This document shows positions 19,739 through 29,595 of a stretch of 64,000 nt of DNA, piece after piece; the stretch's first letter is position 1; each line of letters opens with the position of its first letter. The notes under the pieces were generated by a model. That model was not told the DNA's origin, searched no databases, and was given only the letters and a program-made list of their open reading frames with translations. The position numbers were made by a program, and so were the translations under genes. Source of the stretch: Candidatus Micrarchaeota archaeon (GTDB taxonomy: Archaea > Micrarchaeota > Micrarchaeia > Anstonellales > Bilamarchaeaceae); assembly GCA_038046765.1 (NCBI GenBank), contig JBBSVN010000004.1:64001-128000 (forward strand), in the 5' to 3' direction.

Positions 19739-20488
19739 ATTTACTTCATCAAAAAAGATAGACAACTGAAGGAAAGAACTCGGAGAGTTTTTCGTTCGTT
19801 ATACAAGCAAGACATAATCTCTGAAGAAGAAATTGATAAAATCGAGATTCAGGAATGCGGGGAAAAATTAGTTCGTATTGAAGACCCAAAGATTATAATA
19901 GAAAAATCCGTAAAAAGACAGAAATTTGATGGAGAGGGTATTCTTTATGCTCGCCAAACCGTTGCAAAAATGCTGTATCAAGCTGCGGATACTTTGCCTT
20001 TAGGTTTTAAACTAAAATTTTTTGATGCATACAGACCATTAGAATTCCAACGAATGTTATTTGAAGAGGAATATCAAAGAACTAAAAAAGCAAATCCTGG
20101 TTTAGATGAGAGCGAAATCAGAAAGATTGTTTTTGTTTCAGTTTACCCTCCTAGCTATGATTTACAGAAACCCCCTCCGCACAGTACAGGTGGTGCGATT
20201 GATCTAACGATTTTAGATCAAAGTGAAAAGGAATTGGATATGGGTTCTAGATATTGTGAATTTGGAGAGAGCATGCACACAAATTACCCGAACTTGACTA
20301 GTTCTCAAGCCAAAAATCGATTGATACTATTAAATACGATGCTCAATGCAGGTTTTGCTAACTTTCCAGGTGAATGGTGGCACTACATGTATGGCGAAAG
20401 AGAGTATGTTGCGTATACATCAAAAATAATAGGAAAGGCAATGACTGCGATATATGCAGGTACAAAAACAAAACAAGAGGTGGAGTAA
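19739..20488 (+). CDS. D-Ala-D-Ala dipeptidase family (M15D, VanX/DdpX-like); frame open from 19733
   Basis: IQECGEKLV...YARQTVA, FDAYRP, PPHSTGGAIDLT, EWWHY motifs; conserved N-terminal part lies upstream of the first ATG (19970). Confidence 0.85.
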   Translation: MYFIKKDRQLKERTRRVFRSLYKQDIISEEEIDKIEIQECGEKLVRIEDPKIIIEKSVKRQKFDGEGILYARQTVAKMLYQAADTLPLGFKLKFFDAYRPLEFQRMLFEEEYQRTKKANPGLDESEIRKIVFVSVYPPSYDLQKPPPHSTGGAIDLTILDQSEKELDMGSRYCEFGESMHTNYPNLTSSQAKNRLILLNTMLNAGFANFPGEWWHYMYGEREYVAYTSKIIGKAMTAIYAGTKTKQEVE

Positions 20489-20534
20489 ATGAATAGAATG
20501 AAACAAGGTGAAAAAGGAAAAGAGGTAAAAAGGG

Positions 20535-21677
20535 ATTTACGGCACAGATACTAAGAAAGTATTTGTTTCGAGAAGTACTTGCGAAATTGAAACAATACGC
20601 AAACCATATTATGGAATAAATGTATCCCAAGGTGAAGAACCAATAGATCAACTAGATTTTCTTTTCTTTGTAAAGCGATTAGGGATTCCAATAACTGTTT
20701 TTATAGCAGGGCAATATGGAGTATTAAACGACAAAAACGGATCTGAATTAGCTAGAAAAGAGATGATAAAGGAAAATCTTTTTAGAAAATTATTTGAAAT
20801 TTTTAAAGTAAATGGACAAACTCTCGTAACCCGTCAATTATGGAGCGGTTCACCTTACTGGCAATGTGTTCTGGATTTAATAGATAATAAAGAAATGCCT
20901 TACAAAGCTAAACAGAATAATGAAAGATTTCAAAGAATAAAAACAGCATTACAAACTGATATTAAAGGATCTGCAAGACAATTATCAGAAAAAGTATTTG
21001 ATAGATTAGCTGATTTTGAGCCATCTTCATTTTATACTTTGTTTGAAGTAGCAGAAGCAAAATATTTTAGAGAAATATCGAAATATGATTCTAAAATAGG
21101 TCCGGAAAGCGAAGAACCTTATGATAGGTTCATTCGGGAATTTATGCCAACAATCCAGTTATACCAACCAATATACTTGGATTCAACATTAGAAAAAACA
21201 AGCAGAGCAATTCCGTATATGACTGGCAAATGGGGCGGAGAAAGAGTTTACTTAACTGACTCAAAAGAGGATTTATTGACAAAAGTTTACAAAGCATCCC
21301 AAAGAACTGATAGAACTCCGGTTTTTTGGAAGATAAATGGTTATTCTGCAGAGGAAACACTAACTATAAATCCATTTGCAAGATTAACTATTTTTGCACT
21401 TGAATCAGCAAGAATAGTTGATTGTTTACCCTTAAGGTTGGGCAATAGAAGCATCTATTCTTCAGAAGAAGCTCTAGAGTTCTTAGATAAATCAGGTTCC
21501 CGAGATTTACCTAAAATGGCTGGCGTTGTGGGAGAAGCGATTTGGAATTACATCCTAAGGCCAGTTCAACAACCCCTTATAAAAAAATACTTCGAAATTT
21601 CGCGCAGTTATAATGACTTTGGTGAAGAATATTTTCGTAAAGAAATAGCGCACATGAGGAGGGATGATCTACTATGA
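20535..21677 (+). CDS. Uncharacterised protein, possibly class I aaRS-like (TyrRS/TrpRS/CDPS-like); frame open from 20529
   Basis: YYGINVS, TVFIAGQYGVLN, YTLFEVAEA, KIGPESEEPYD; 76 open codons before the first ATG (20763). Confidence 0.55.
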   Translation: MYGTDTKKVFVSRSTCEIETIRKPYYGINVSQGEEPIDQLDFLFFVKRLGIPITVFIAGQYGVLNDKNGSELARKEMIKENLFRKLFEIFKVNGQTLVTRQLWSGSPYWQCVLDLIDNKEMPYKAKQNNERFQRIKTALQTDIKGSARQLSEKVFDRLADFEPSSFYTLFEVAEAKYFREISKYDSKIGPESEEPYDRFIREFMPTIQLYQPIYLDSTLEKTSRAIPYMTGKWGGERVYLTDSKEDLLTKVYKASQRTDRTPVFWKINGYSAEETLTINPFARLTIFALESARIVDCLPLRLGNRSIYSSEEALEFLDKSGSRDLPKMAGVVGEAIWNYILRPVQQPLIKKYFEISRSYNDFGEEYFRKEIAHMRRDDLL

Positions 21678-22387
21678 AAAAAATTGGGATTTTAGGGGGG
21701 ATGGGACCAGAAAGTACGGCCCATACATACATGAAAATGATTGAATATTGTCAGAAAGAGTATGGGGCAAAACAAGATGCTGATTTCCCCCCAATTGTCA
21801 TTTATAGTTGCCCTATTCCGGACGTAGTAAACATAAATAATAAAGAAGTCGAGCTACTGGAAAACTTAGAAAGTGGAATAGATTTGCTAAAGAACGCAGG
21901 TTGTAAATTTGCAATAATTCCTTGCAATTCAGTACAGAGTTTTTTACCTGTACTTAGCAAAAAACTTCCGATAATTTCAATAGTCGAAGAAACTATCGAA
22001 GAACTAACGAAATTAGGAATAAAGAAAGTCGGACTCCTAGCTACGCAAACAACGCTTTCTAAAAGAATTTATCAACAGGCTTTGGAAAAACAAGGAATCG
22101 AAATGATTCTGCCAGAAAACCAAAAAGAAGTAACAGAGGTAATTAGGAAAATCCTTGAGGGTAAGAAAGAAGAAACCAAAGAAAAATTATACAACATAAT
22201 AAATAATCTGAAACGCAAAGGTGCAGGTGCAGTAATATTAGCGTGTACAGATTTACCATTAATAGTTGACAAAAAAGATTTTGATATCGCAATATTAGAC
22301 ACTGTAGAAATTCTCGCAAAAGCCGCAGTTAAAAAATATTACCAGTTAATTGATTATAGGTTAAAAAGTTCGAGGTCAAATAAATGA
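21674..22387 (+). CDS. Aspartate/glutamate racemase family (PLP-independent)
   Basis: IGILGGMGPEST, IPCNS and LACTDLP catalytic cysteines. Confidence 0.92.
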   Translation: MKKIGILGGMGPESTAHTYMKMIEYCQKEYGAKQDADFPPIVIYSCPIPDVVNINNKEVELLENLESGIDLLKNAGCKFAIIPCNSVQSFLPVLSKKLPIISIVEETIEELTKLGIKKVGLLATQTTLSKRIYQQALEKQGIEMILPENQKEVTEVIRKILEGKKEETKEKLYNIINNLKRKGAGAVILACTDLPLIVDKKDFDIAILDTVEILAKAAVKKYYQLIDYRLKSSRSNK

Positions 22388-23619
22388 AAGGAACACCAAA
22401 AGGAATGCGGGATATACTCCCTGAAGACGCAATGCTGCGAAGGCAAGTGCTAGAACTGGTTGAAAAAGTTTATCGAAGTTACGGTTATGTTCCAATTGAA
22501 ACTCCTGCAATTGAATATTTATCAACACTTAAAGCAAAAGGCGGAGAAGAAATTAACAAACAAATATTTATTTTCAAAGATGAAGAAGTTGGATTACGCT
22601 TTGATTTAACCGTCCCTCTTGCTCGAGTAGCAGCTACAAATGTATTTACTAAGCCATTCAAACGATACGCATTTGCACCAGTCTGGAGATATGAAGAACC
22701 TCAAAAAGGAAGGTTTCGGGAATTTTGGCAGGCAGATATTGATATTATTGGAACTAAAGGTATGCGGGCTGAAGCTGAATTATTGACAGCAGCTAGAAAC
22801 GCACTAGTTGCACTTGGATTTAAGGAACTAAGAATTTTACTAAATAACCGAAAAATACTTGATGCATTAGCTAAGAAACTAGAAATAGAAGACAAAAAAG
22901 AATCAGTATTCAGATTACTAGATAAGATAGACAAAGTTGGAAAAGAAAAAGTTGAAGAAGAATTAAATGAAGTAATTGGAAGCGAAAAAACTAAGGAACT
23001 ACTCTCAATTCTAACTGTTTCGGGCGATAACAAAAAGAAACTTGAAATAATTAAATCAATAAGCGAAGACGGCGCAAAAGAACTGGAGGACATTTTAGCA
23101 CTAACTAACTTTGAAATCGAAATAGATTTGCTACTTGTTCGTGGTTTAGGATACTATACTGGACCAATATTTGAAATAAAAGGTAGCGAGAATATAGGTT
23201 CAATAGCAGGTGGCGGAAGGTATGATAATCTTCTAGCGGTTTATGGAAAGGAAGACGCTGCAGTTGGAATTAGTTTAGGAATTGAGCGAATAATTACACT
23301 TTTAAAAGAAAAACAAATTCAACTAAAGCGAACTTATAGTAGCGTACTAGTTGCAAATGTAAAACCAGAGTTCTATTCTTATGCAGCACAAATAGCGGGA
23401 AAACTACGAGAAAATGGAATAAATGTAGAGACAGATTTAAACGAACGAAACTTAAGAAAACAATTTGATTATGCAAATTCTTTAGGGATAAGTTATGTAA
23501 TAATTGTCGGGGAAAAGGAAATTAAAGAAAACAAGGTAACGCTAAGGAATATGAATTTAGGGGATGAAAAATTCCTAGACTTAGGGGCAACAGTTAGCCT
23601 TTTAAAAGCTTCTGTGTAA
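22384..23619 (+). CDS. hisS: Histidyl-tRNA synthetase
   Basis: PKGMRD, LRFDLTVP, GRFREFWQ, LVRGLGYYTG, GGGRYD. Confidence 0.96.
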   Translation: MKGTPKGMRDILPEDAMLRRQVLELVEKVYRSYGYVPIETPAIEYLSTLKAKGGEEINKQIFIFKDEEVGLRFDLTVPLARVAATNVFTKPFKRYAFAPVWRYEEPQKGRFREFWQADIDIIGTKGMRAEAELLTAARNALVALGFKELRILLNNRKILDALAKKLEIEDKKESVFRLLDKIDKVGKEKVEEELNEVIGSEKTKELLSILTVSGDNKKKLEIIKSISEDGAKELEDILALTNFEIEIDLLLVRGLGYYTGPIFEIKGSENIGSIAGGGRYDNLLAVYGKEDAAVGISLGIERIITLLKEKQIQLKRTYSSVLVANVKPEFYSYAAQIAGKLRENGINVETDLNERNLRKQFDYANSLGISYVIIVGEKEIKENKVTLRNMNLGDEKFLDLGATVSLLKASV

Positions 23620-23623
23620 ATTT

Positions 23624-24445
23624 ATGTATATGTCTGGAAAAATGATTGAATACATGAGACGGGGTAGGAGTTCAAGACCTAGCCGTTTTTCAGCACTTCT
23701 TTTAGGTGCAGTAGCATCTTTTTCATCAAGATTACTAAATGCAGATGAACCTGCTACAAAAAATAGACCAGCAGTTACTACTGTAGCAAACAAAGCAGAT
23801 GATGATTTAAGGCGAAAAATTGTAGATGGGGCAATTGACCAAATAAGCAAAGAATATTGTGGCATTGGAGGTACAAACCCAAAAAATAAACATTGTTTAA
23901 ACTGTTTAGGATTAGTATATGCTGCATTAGAAAAAATAGGAGTAAACTCACAAAAATTAAGCCGAAACGGAACGCAAATGATTCCACAACTTTTAGGCTT
24001 GCATGGGATTGCAACATACCAATTCAAAGCAGATATGACAAATGACAAATTATTTTTACTTGTGCTCGAACAAGAGGATGGCAAGGTAAAGGAAACATTT
24101 ATTGAAAATGTCACCAAGAAAAGTCTTGAGAAAAATCTGCCACCAGGATATGTATTATTTTTGGTAAATCCTAGGCCAAATAAAAATGAAAACGGCCAAT
24201 TAAAAGAAAATCCTGTTGCAATAATTAATACACAAACAGGAAAACTTAATAGATATTGGATTTGGCACACAGGTATAAGCTCGGATTCGCTAGGGGAAAT
24301 GGTTCATGCTTCTTATGTACCTGAAGGGAATGTAATGCACGGACACGTCCAATCGGAAGATTTAACAGCATTCGTTTCGAATTTAGGTTACAGTGGAGTT
24401 ATTGCTGTAAAACCAAACTTTGCAGCACTTAGGAAAGTTAAATAG
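23624..24445 (+). CDS. NlpC/P60-like papain-fold protein with signal-like N-terminus
   Basis: NCLGLVYAAL (Cys), WHTGI (His), MVHAS. Confidence 0.65.
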   Translation: MYMSGKMIEYMRRGRSSRPSRFSALLLGAVASFSSRLLNADEPATKNRPAVTTVANKADDDLRRKIVDGAIDQISKEYCGIGGTNPKNKHCLNCLGLVYAALEKIGVNSQKLSRNGTQMIPQLLGLHGIATYQFKADMTNDKLFLLVLEQEDGKVKETFIENVTKKSLEKNLPPGYVLFLVNPRPNKNENGQLKENPVAIINTQTGKLNRYWIWHTGISSDSLGEMVHASYVPEGNVMHGHVQSEDLTAFVSNLGYSGVIAVKPNFAALRKVK

Positions 24446-24451
24446 AACTAG

Positions 24452-25729
24452 TTGAAAATTATGGCAGAAGCAATGGAAATAGGAAAACCAAGAGAAATTA
24501 CAAATGCGCCCCTAGATTCAAAAAGAAAGAAAATGCTTGAGTATATAAGAGAAAGAATCGCACAGAACCAACCAGTTTTAGGAGAAAAAATATATAAACT
24601 AGATATTAATTTAAAATCTAAGTATAAAAAAGCCGAATTTAGTGATGTATTTAAGAAATTAGTTGGAATAGAAATGGAAAAAGATTTTCCAGATTTAGCA
24701 GCGATAAATGCCAAAGTTGAAAATCAGGACATCAGAGTAGCATTAGATAAGACCACAGTTAATTGGCTTTATTTAAAGATGAATGGAAAGAAAACAGATG
24801 GAATTGAAGCAAAGATAAAACCAGACACTCTGAAAAAGTTAAACCTGACTTATGATCAGATAAGGAAAAAATCCATAATTTCAATTGAAATAAAAGTTAA
24901 TTTAGGGGTAGTACCAACTTTAGCTGCTGAAAATAGAAATTTATCAGAAGAATCAAGAAAAGCATATGAAAGCGAGCAACCGTTTATTATATTTGGTTTT
25001 AAAAGAGAATATTTAGGACAGGTGTTAGCTCTTTACGAGAACACAGGCGAGCCTGCCAGAGTAAATAAAAAGCCTTCGGATAAGCCCTGGAAAGGAGAGA
25101 TAGAAAATGATCAGACTAAAGTAGTTGACGCTCAGATAAAAGAGCAGATACTAGCTAATTTAAACAAAGGCTTTCCATCTGGAATTTTTATATCAAAACC
25201 GTATGATTGTATCACACTAATAAACCGAGCTTTGGCAAGCGCAGGATTAAGAAGAGTAAATAATAATGCAGGAAATACACTGTTTCAAGCCATAGATAAA
25301 AAAGGATCGACTTTAGTTACAGCGGAAAAACTGGTTGCTAGTCCTAAAAAAGTTTTTGAAGATGCTAAACCAAAAGATGGGGACATCGTCTTTTTTCTAA
25401 AAGCAATTGATGCCAAGGAAATAGAATGGAGAAAAAAGGTGGGTGACCGGGTTTTTAAAAATCCAACAGACGGACTTACATATGCTGTATCCCACGTTTC
25501 TATGTACACAAAAGGAGGTAGTAGTGGCCATCTTCTTTTACAGGCACATATAAACAGAGGGACAATTAAGTCTGATGATGCAGTCAAATATATTGCAAAC
25601 AATGTTCGACCGTATAATCAAGAAAATAAAAAACCTTTTAACGCAATCGCAATTCTGCCATTAAGCGCACTTGGAGTAACAAGCCAACTTCTAGCAACAG
25701 TACCAAAAAAATCACAAAAAACAATGTGA
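24452..25729 (+). CDS. C-terminal NlpC/P60-like domain protein
   Basis: YDCITLIN, PKDGDIVFF, SHVSMY, LLQAH. Confidence 0.7.
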   Translation: MKIMAEAMEIGKPREITNAPLDSKRKKMLEYIRERIAQNQPVLGEKIYKLDINLKSKYKKAEFSDVFKKLVGIEMEKDFPDLAAINAKVENQDIRVALDKTTVNWLYLKMNGKKTDGIEAKIKPDTLKKLNLTYDQIRKKSIISIEIKVNLGVVPTLAAENRNLSEESRKAYESEQPFIIFGFKREYLGQVLALYENTGEPARVNKKPSDKPWKGEIENDQTKVVDAQIKEQILANLNKGFPSGIFISKPYDCITLINRALASAGLRRVNNNAGNTLFQAIDKKGSTLVTAEKLVASPKKVFEDAKPKDGDIVFFLKAIDAKEIEWRKKVGDRVFKNPTDGLTYAVSHVSMYTKGGSSGHLLLQAHINRGTIKSDDAVKYIANNVRPYNQENKKPFNAIAILPLSALGVTSQLLATVPKKSQKTM

Positions 25730-25730
25730 A

Positions 25731-26990
25731 GTGATAAACTTGAGTGAGCAAACCTTATCACAAGAAAGTAAAAAACCATTAGTCAAAATAAGGTTCGATA
25801 CAGACACGCAAGGCAGAGACCAAGCATTAGAACAAGCTACAAAACTAATCGAAAGCAGTAAAAAGGAAAAATCAGCAAAGGTCATTTATGTAAATGCGGA
25901 ATTTGATTTAAGTAAACTAAAACTAGCAGATCAAATAGCTAAAGTAAAACTTAATAATTTTACCAGCCTTCTTCGAATGGACAATGAAACAACAGATAAA
26001 ATTACATTTACAGCAAACTCTGGAACAAAGACAAATTTAAAGCTAGATTGGAGCATCCAGCAGTATCTTCTTTATTTAATTTCCCAAAAGCAGGGACAGA
26101 CATACACATTGCCAAGAAACTTTTTTATAGCAGATAAAAATAAACTTGACACTGAAGGGTTTGTTAAGAGAATTTTTGAAGGGGGAAAAATAAATGTAAA
26201 TGTAAGGGTAGAAATAATACAAAAAGATGCAGTAGCTGCAAATGGAACGACATCTGACAAAAGGTATATTGTTTTAGAAAGGACTAGCGGGAAAAAATAC
26301 GAGTATCTGGCATTTACTCCTGCTAATAATAGAAATACTAGTAAGAAGGAACTTAGGATACTAGCAAAAGACAGCATAGAACTAGGAAGACCGATAAAAA
26401 ATATATACATAGCTGCCCCATATAGTTGCATTGGTTTTGTTAATAAGGTACTAGAAAAATCGGGAGCAAATAAAGTTAAGCCATCACCCGCAATAGACTT
26501 TAATCGGTCTAATAAGGGCGAATCTGTTTTTGTAACGAGCGAAGAGGTAACAAAAAGGGGAAAAATAGATGGAACTACAATTGAGGAGACATTAAAAGCA
26601 GCACATAAAGGAGATATAATACTTTGTTTTACCTCGTTAATTAGCCGCGAGCAAATGATGACACAGGGTAAAGGTTGGGAAAAATTTGCCGAAGCTAAAG
26701 CAACGGAGTATACAAAAATAAACGGTGCACAAAGCGTGGTATGGAAAGGTAATGTTCCTTACATTGTAGGTCATGCTGCAATTTATGCAGGTAAAAACGA
26801 AAAGGGAGAACATATGATAAACCAGGCACATATTGGAAATGGTTTAATAGTAAGTGAACCAATAACCCCCTATTTTAAGATCGTTCTACCTAATCATTTC
26901 AACGCCTTTGCAATAATCTCTTATGATTATTTTAAGGACAAAAAATCAACAGAAGAAAAACTAGCAGCAATACCTAAAAGATCAATTTGA
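25731..26990 (+). CDS. C-terminal NlpC/P60-like domain protein
   Basis: YSCIGFVNKVL, KGDIILCF, GHAAIYAG, INQAH. Confidence 0.7.
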   Translation: MINLSEQTLSQESKKPLVKIRFDTDTQGRDQALEQATKLIESSKKEKSAKVIYVNAEFDLSKLKLADQIAKVKLNNFTSLLRMDNETTDKITFTANSGTKTNLKLDWSIQQYLLYLISQKQGQTYTLPRNFFIADKNKLDTEGFVKRIFEGGKINVNVRVEIIQKDAVAANGTTSDKRYIVLERTSGKKYEYLAFTPANNRNTSKKELRILAKDSIELGRPIKNIYIAAPYSCIGFVNKVLEKSGANKVKPSPAIDFNRSNKGESVFVTSEEVTKRGKIDGTTIEETLKAAHKGDIILCFTSLISREQMMTQGKGWEKFAEAKATEYTKINGAQSVVWKGNVPYIVGHAAIYAGKNEKGEHMINQAHIGNGLIVSEPITPYFKIVLPNHFNAFAIISYDYFKDKKSTEEKLAAIPKRSI

Positions 26991-26995
26991 TTTTT

Positions 26996-27505
26996 ATGTT
27001 AAAAGCAAAACTACTTTATTTAAAAGATAAACAATTTTTCATAGATGAAAAAGGAGTCCTAAAATTCTTTGGAAAACCATTTGACTGCGCTCGGGATTTG
27101 AAAAAAGAGGGCTATGAATTATTGCATATTATAGATGTCGATGCACAAAAAGGCGTAAACACAAATATGGATGTTTATGATAAATTAACCTACAACATAA
27201 ACGTACAGGTTGAAATAGATTATAACGAAGCTTTAATTGCGAAACTCCTTCGAATGAATACAAGAATAGTTTTAGTTCTTCCTCCAAAAATTGACCTTGA
27301 AAAATTAGGTGAAAGGAAAAGATTATTAGTTGGAAAAGTTACGGCAAACTACGATGGGGACATAAGCAATGTGTTTGATGTTGTAATTGAAAACGCAACT
27401 ATGAAAGCAGTGGAAAAATTCAGCAAACTTGGAAAAAGAGTAATTGTTTACAATAAAGATTTCACTAAAGAAATGAAGAAACTAGTTTTTGCTGTTATTG
27501 AATAA
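26996..27505 (+). CDS. HisA/HisF-like TIM-barrel protein (short)
   Basis: GKPFDCA...GYELLHIIDVDA...INVQV resembles the HisA N-terminal half. Confidence 0.55.
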   Translation: MLKAKLLYLKDKQFFIDEKGVLKFFGKPFDCARDLKKEGYELLHIIDVDAQKGVNTNMDVYDKLTYNINVQVEIDYNEALIAKLLRMNTRIVLVLPPKIDLEKLGERKRLLVGKVTANYDGDISNVFDVVIENATMKAVEKFSKLGKRVIVYNKDFTKEMKKLVFAVIE

Positions 27506-27509
27506 AATT

Positions 27510-28262
27510 TTAAAAGCGATCTGTAATCCTAGACCATTGGTTTTGAACTATACGTGCGTAATTTTCAATTCCTTTTATAACATCCTCAATTTTCTGAGTT
27601 GCAGCAAGATGATCAGAATTTAACGGCCAGGTAACTGCAAAACTATCGCAAATATACGGACTATTGTAAGTACCTGGCTCTTTGGATTCTAGAGAATATA
27701 AAATAAAACCAATTATATCTGGACTACTAAGAGTAATATCTACCTTATGTGTATAATCATCGCATGAAAGAGTAAGACTACGATCAACTATGCCGCCCTC
27801 CGCGGTTTCTTTTATAGTAAGTTGTTCAATAGAGGATTCATCGTTTCCAAACGATTCTTCTCCAGCTGGATTCTGGAAAATCTCGATAGGACCGTTTACA
27901 TTTCCAGATATTTTTTTAGATAATTGACCAGTTTTACTTACTGCAACTAATAACGCTTGGTTAAAATCAGTCTCAAGTCCGACATCAATAGTTTCAATGC
28001 CTCTTGTATAAATAGACCCCACTCTTCCTTCAACACGATAAGACTTTGATAAGTCAAAACAGGCAGATGGTTCTTTGACTTCTTGAGAAAGAACATCAGT
28101 TAAAAGAAGATTAGTAAAATGTTTCATACGAAGTGTCGATTTTGCTTTTTCTTGGAACGCATCAACTGAATCCAACATGGTCAGACGAGATTTGCATATA
28201 ACCGTAATTAAATCTCGTTCACCGCGCATTGGAACGCATTTGACAGTATGTAGAGAAGACAT
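27510..28262 (-). CDS. Hypothetical protein
   Basis: 250-aa ORF. Confidence 0.5.
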   Translation of the reverse strand: MSSLHTVKCVPMRGERDLITVICKSRLTMLDSVDAFQEKAKSTLRMKHFTNLLLTDVLSQEVKEPSACFDLSKSYRVEGRVGSIYTRGIETIDVGLETDFNQALLVAVSKTGQLSKKISGNVNGPIEIFQNPAGEESFGNDESSIEQLTIKETAEGGIVDRSLTLSCDDYTHKVDITLSSPDIIGFILYSLESKEPGTYNSPYICDSFAVTWPLNSDHLAATQKIEDVIKGIENYARIVQNQWSRITDRF

Positions 28263-28271
28263 TTGAAAACC

Positions 28272-28961
28272 TTAAACCAGCACAAACCCATTATCAGATA
28301 TCTCACAGGGATAAATCTTAGTTGAATGCGCAACTCCTTTCATTTTTAAAACTTCGATTGCTCTTGTTCTTTGCTTTTCTTTTGGAGAATATAAATAATA
28401 AATATGTATCCAACCATCTGAAAATGTTTCTACACCGTATTTTGTATCAGGTAAAACATCAAGAGTTGTAGCCGGAACGTCTTCTGAAATTAGTAGTACG
28501 GTTACGCCCCATTTACGTAAACCATCGATAAATTTTATAAAGTTCTTTTTCCGTTCATCATCAGTTTGAAAATGCAGAGCAAGGGGGAGTATGGAATCGA
28601 TAACTACTCGCTTAATTCCAAAACTATTTATTAATTCCTGAATTGCACCGCTATTATTAAGAAGCTGGTCAACCTCGTGAAATGGATAATCAAGGAAAAC
28701 AATTTGTTTATTTTTTTCAAATTTAGCAATATCCCAAGAGTAACTTCTAAGATGATCAAAAACAGCCTGTCTGCCCTCTTCAATTGAAATGTATAATCCA
28801 GACTCCTTATTTTTAGCTCCTTCAACTAAAAACTGCATGCCGAAGGTACTTTTACCAGATCCAGTTGAACCGCTTAAAGTAATTACACTGCCCTTAAGCA
28901 ATCCTCCACCTAAAATTTCATCGAAATCTTCAACACCGCTTTTTATGAATGTCCGCTCCAT
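28272..28961 (-). CDS. KaiC/RecA-superfamily ATPase
   Basis: GSTGSGKST, YISIEE, RVVIDS, IEVLKMKG. Confidence 0.9.
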   Translation of the reverse strand: MERTFIKSGVEDFDEILGGGLLKGSVITLSGSTGSGKSTFGMQFLVEGAKNKESGLYISIEEGRQAVFDHLRSYSWDIAKFEKNKQIVFLDYPFHEVDQLLNNSGAIQELINSFGIKRVVIDSILPLALHFQTDDERKKNFIKFIDGLRKWGVTVLLISEDVPATTLDVLPDTKYGVETFSDGWIHIYYLYSPKEKQRTRAIEVLKMKGVAHSTKIYPCEISDNGFVLV

Positions 28962-28969
28962 GGAAAAAA

Positions 28970-29458
28970 TCACTTATCATCTTTTTTATCCAAAATTGCC
29001 CGACCAACTTTTATTCTATTTTCTAAGTACACCTTATATCTTTCTAAATCTTCCGTAGATGAGGTTTTTTCTGCAATAGTCTTTTTAATACCAAACCAAT
29101 TCGCAGAAACAGACATTAGTATATCTTGTATCGTCTGAACGCTAAGTTCAAAATGATTAGGCCTAAGGATTTCAACATTTAGCGGATTAAAAAGAGAACA
29201 TAAGTTTATCAAAGTAAGTAAATCTTTTACAAGAACTTTTACCTCGATAGATGTGGAAAAAACTTTATCTGTTTCTACGGGTTCGTTAATTTCGCCTAGC
29301 GCGTATATTACACCCTGGGTTTTAATTATTGAATCAATAAATCCTGTTGAAAGACTAGTTAAATTGTCTTTATCAGAAGAGTGTAAGTCAAAATATAATA
29401 GGCAGAGCGTACCTCCCTTGCTTATTGCATCATTAGTTATTTTATCAGCGTCAACCAT
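28970..29458 (-). CDS. Hypothetical protein
   Basis: ORF co-oriented with the KaiC-like gene. Confidence 0.55.
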   Translation of the reverse strand: MVDADKITNDAISKGGTLCLLYFDLHSSDKDNLTSLSTGFIDSIIKTQGVIYALGEINEPVETDKVFSTSIEVKVLVKDLLTLINLCSLFNPLNVEILRPNHFELSVQTIQDILMSVSANWFGIKKTIAEKTSSTEDLERYKVYLENRIKVGRAILDKKDDK

Positions 29459-29595
29459 AATTACAGTAGACCTCAAAGTAAATAAAAACTGATTGGTTTG
29501 CAAGACGCGATTTCGAATTTTATAATAAAAAATAAACTATTTTTATAAAAATCGTTCGATTTTACTTAGAAAGATATACAAAAAGTACCATATTA

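Noticed and set aside
19733..19744. -1 slippery heptamer G GAT TTA in the leader ORFs
   Set aside because: A -1 shift does not enter the main ORF; the productive frame is +1 (or -2)
29501..29510. CAAGACGCGA shared with 6706-6715 as a possible att site
   Set aside because: Only 10 bp with no extension and no integrase nearby; compatible with chance
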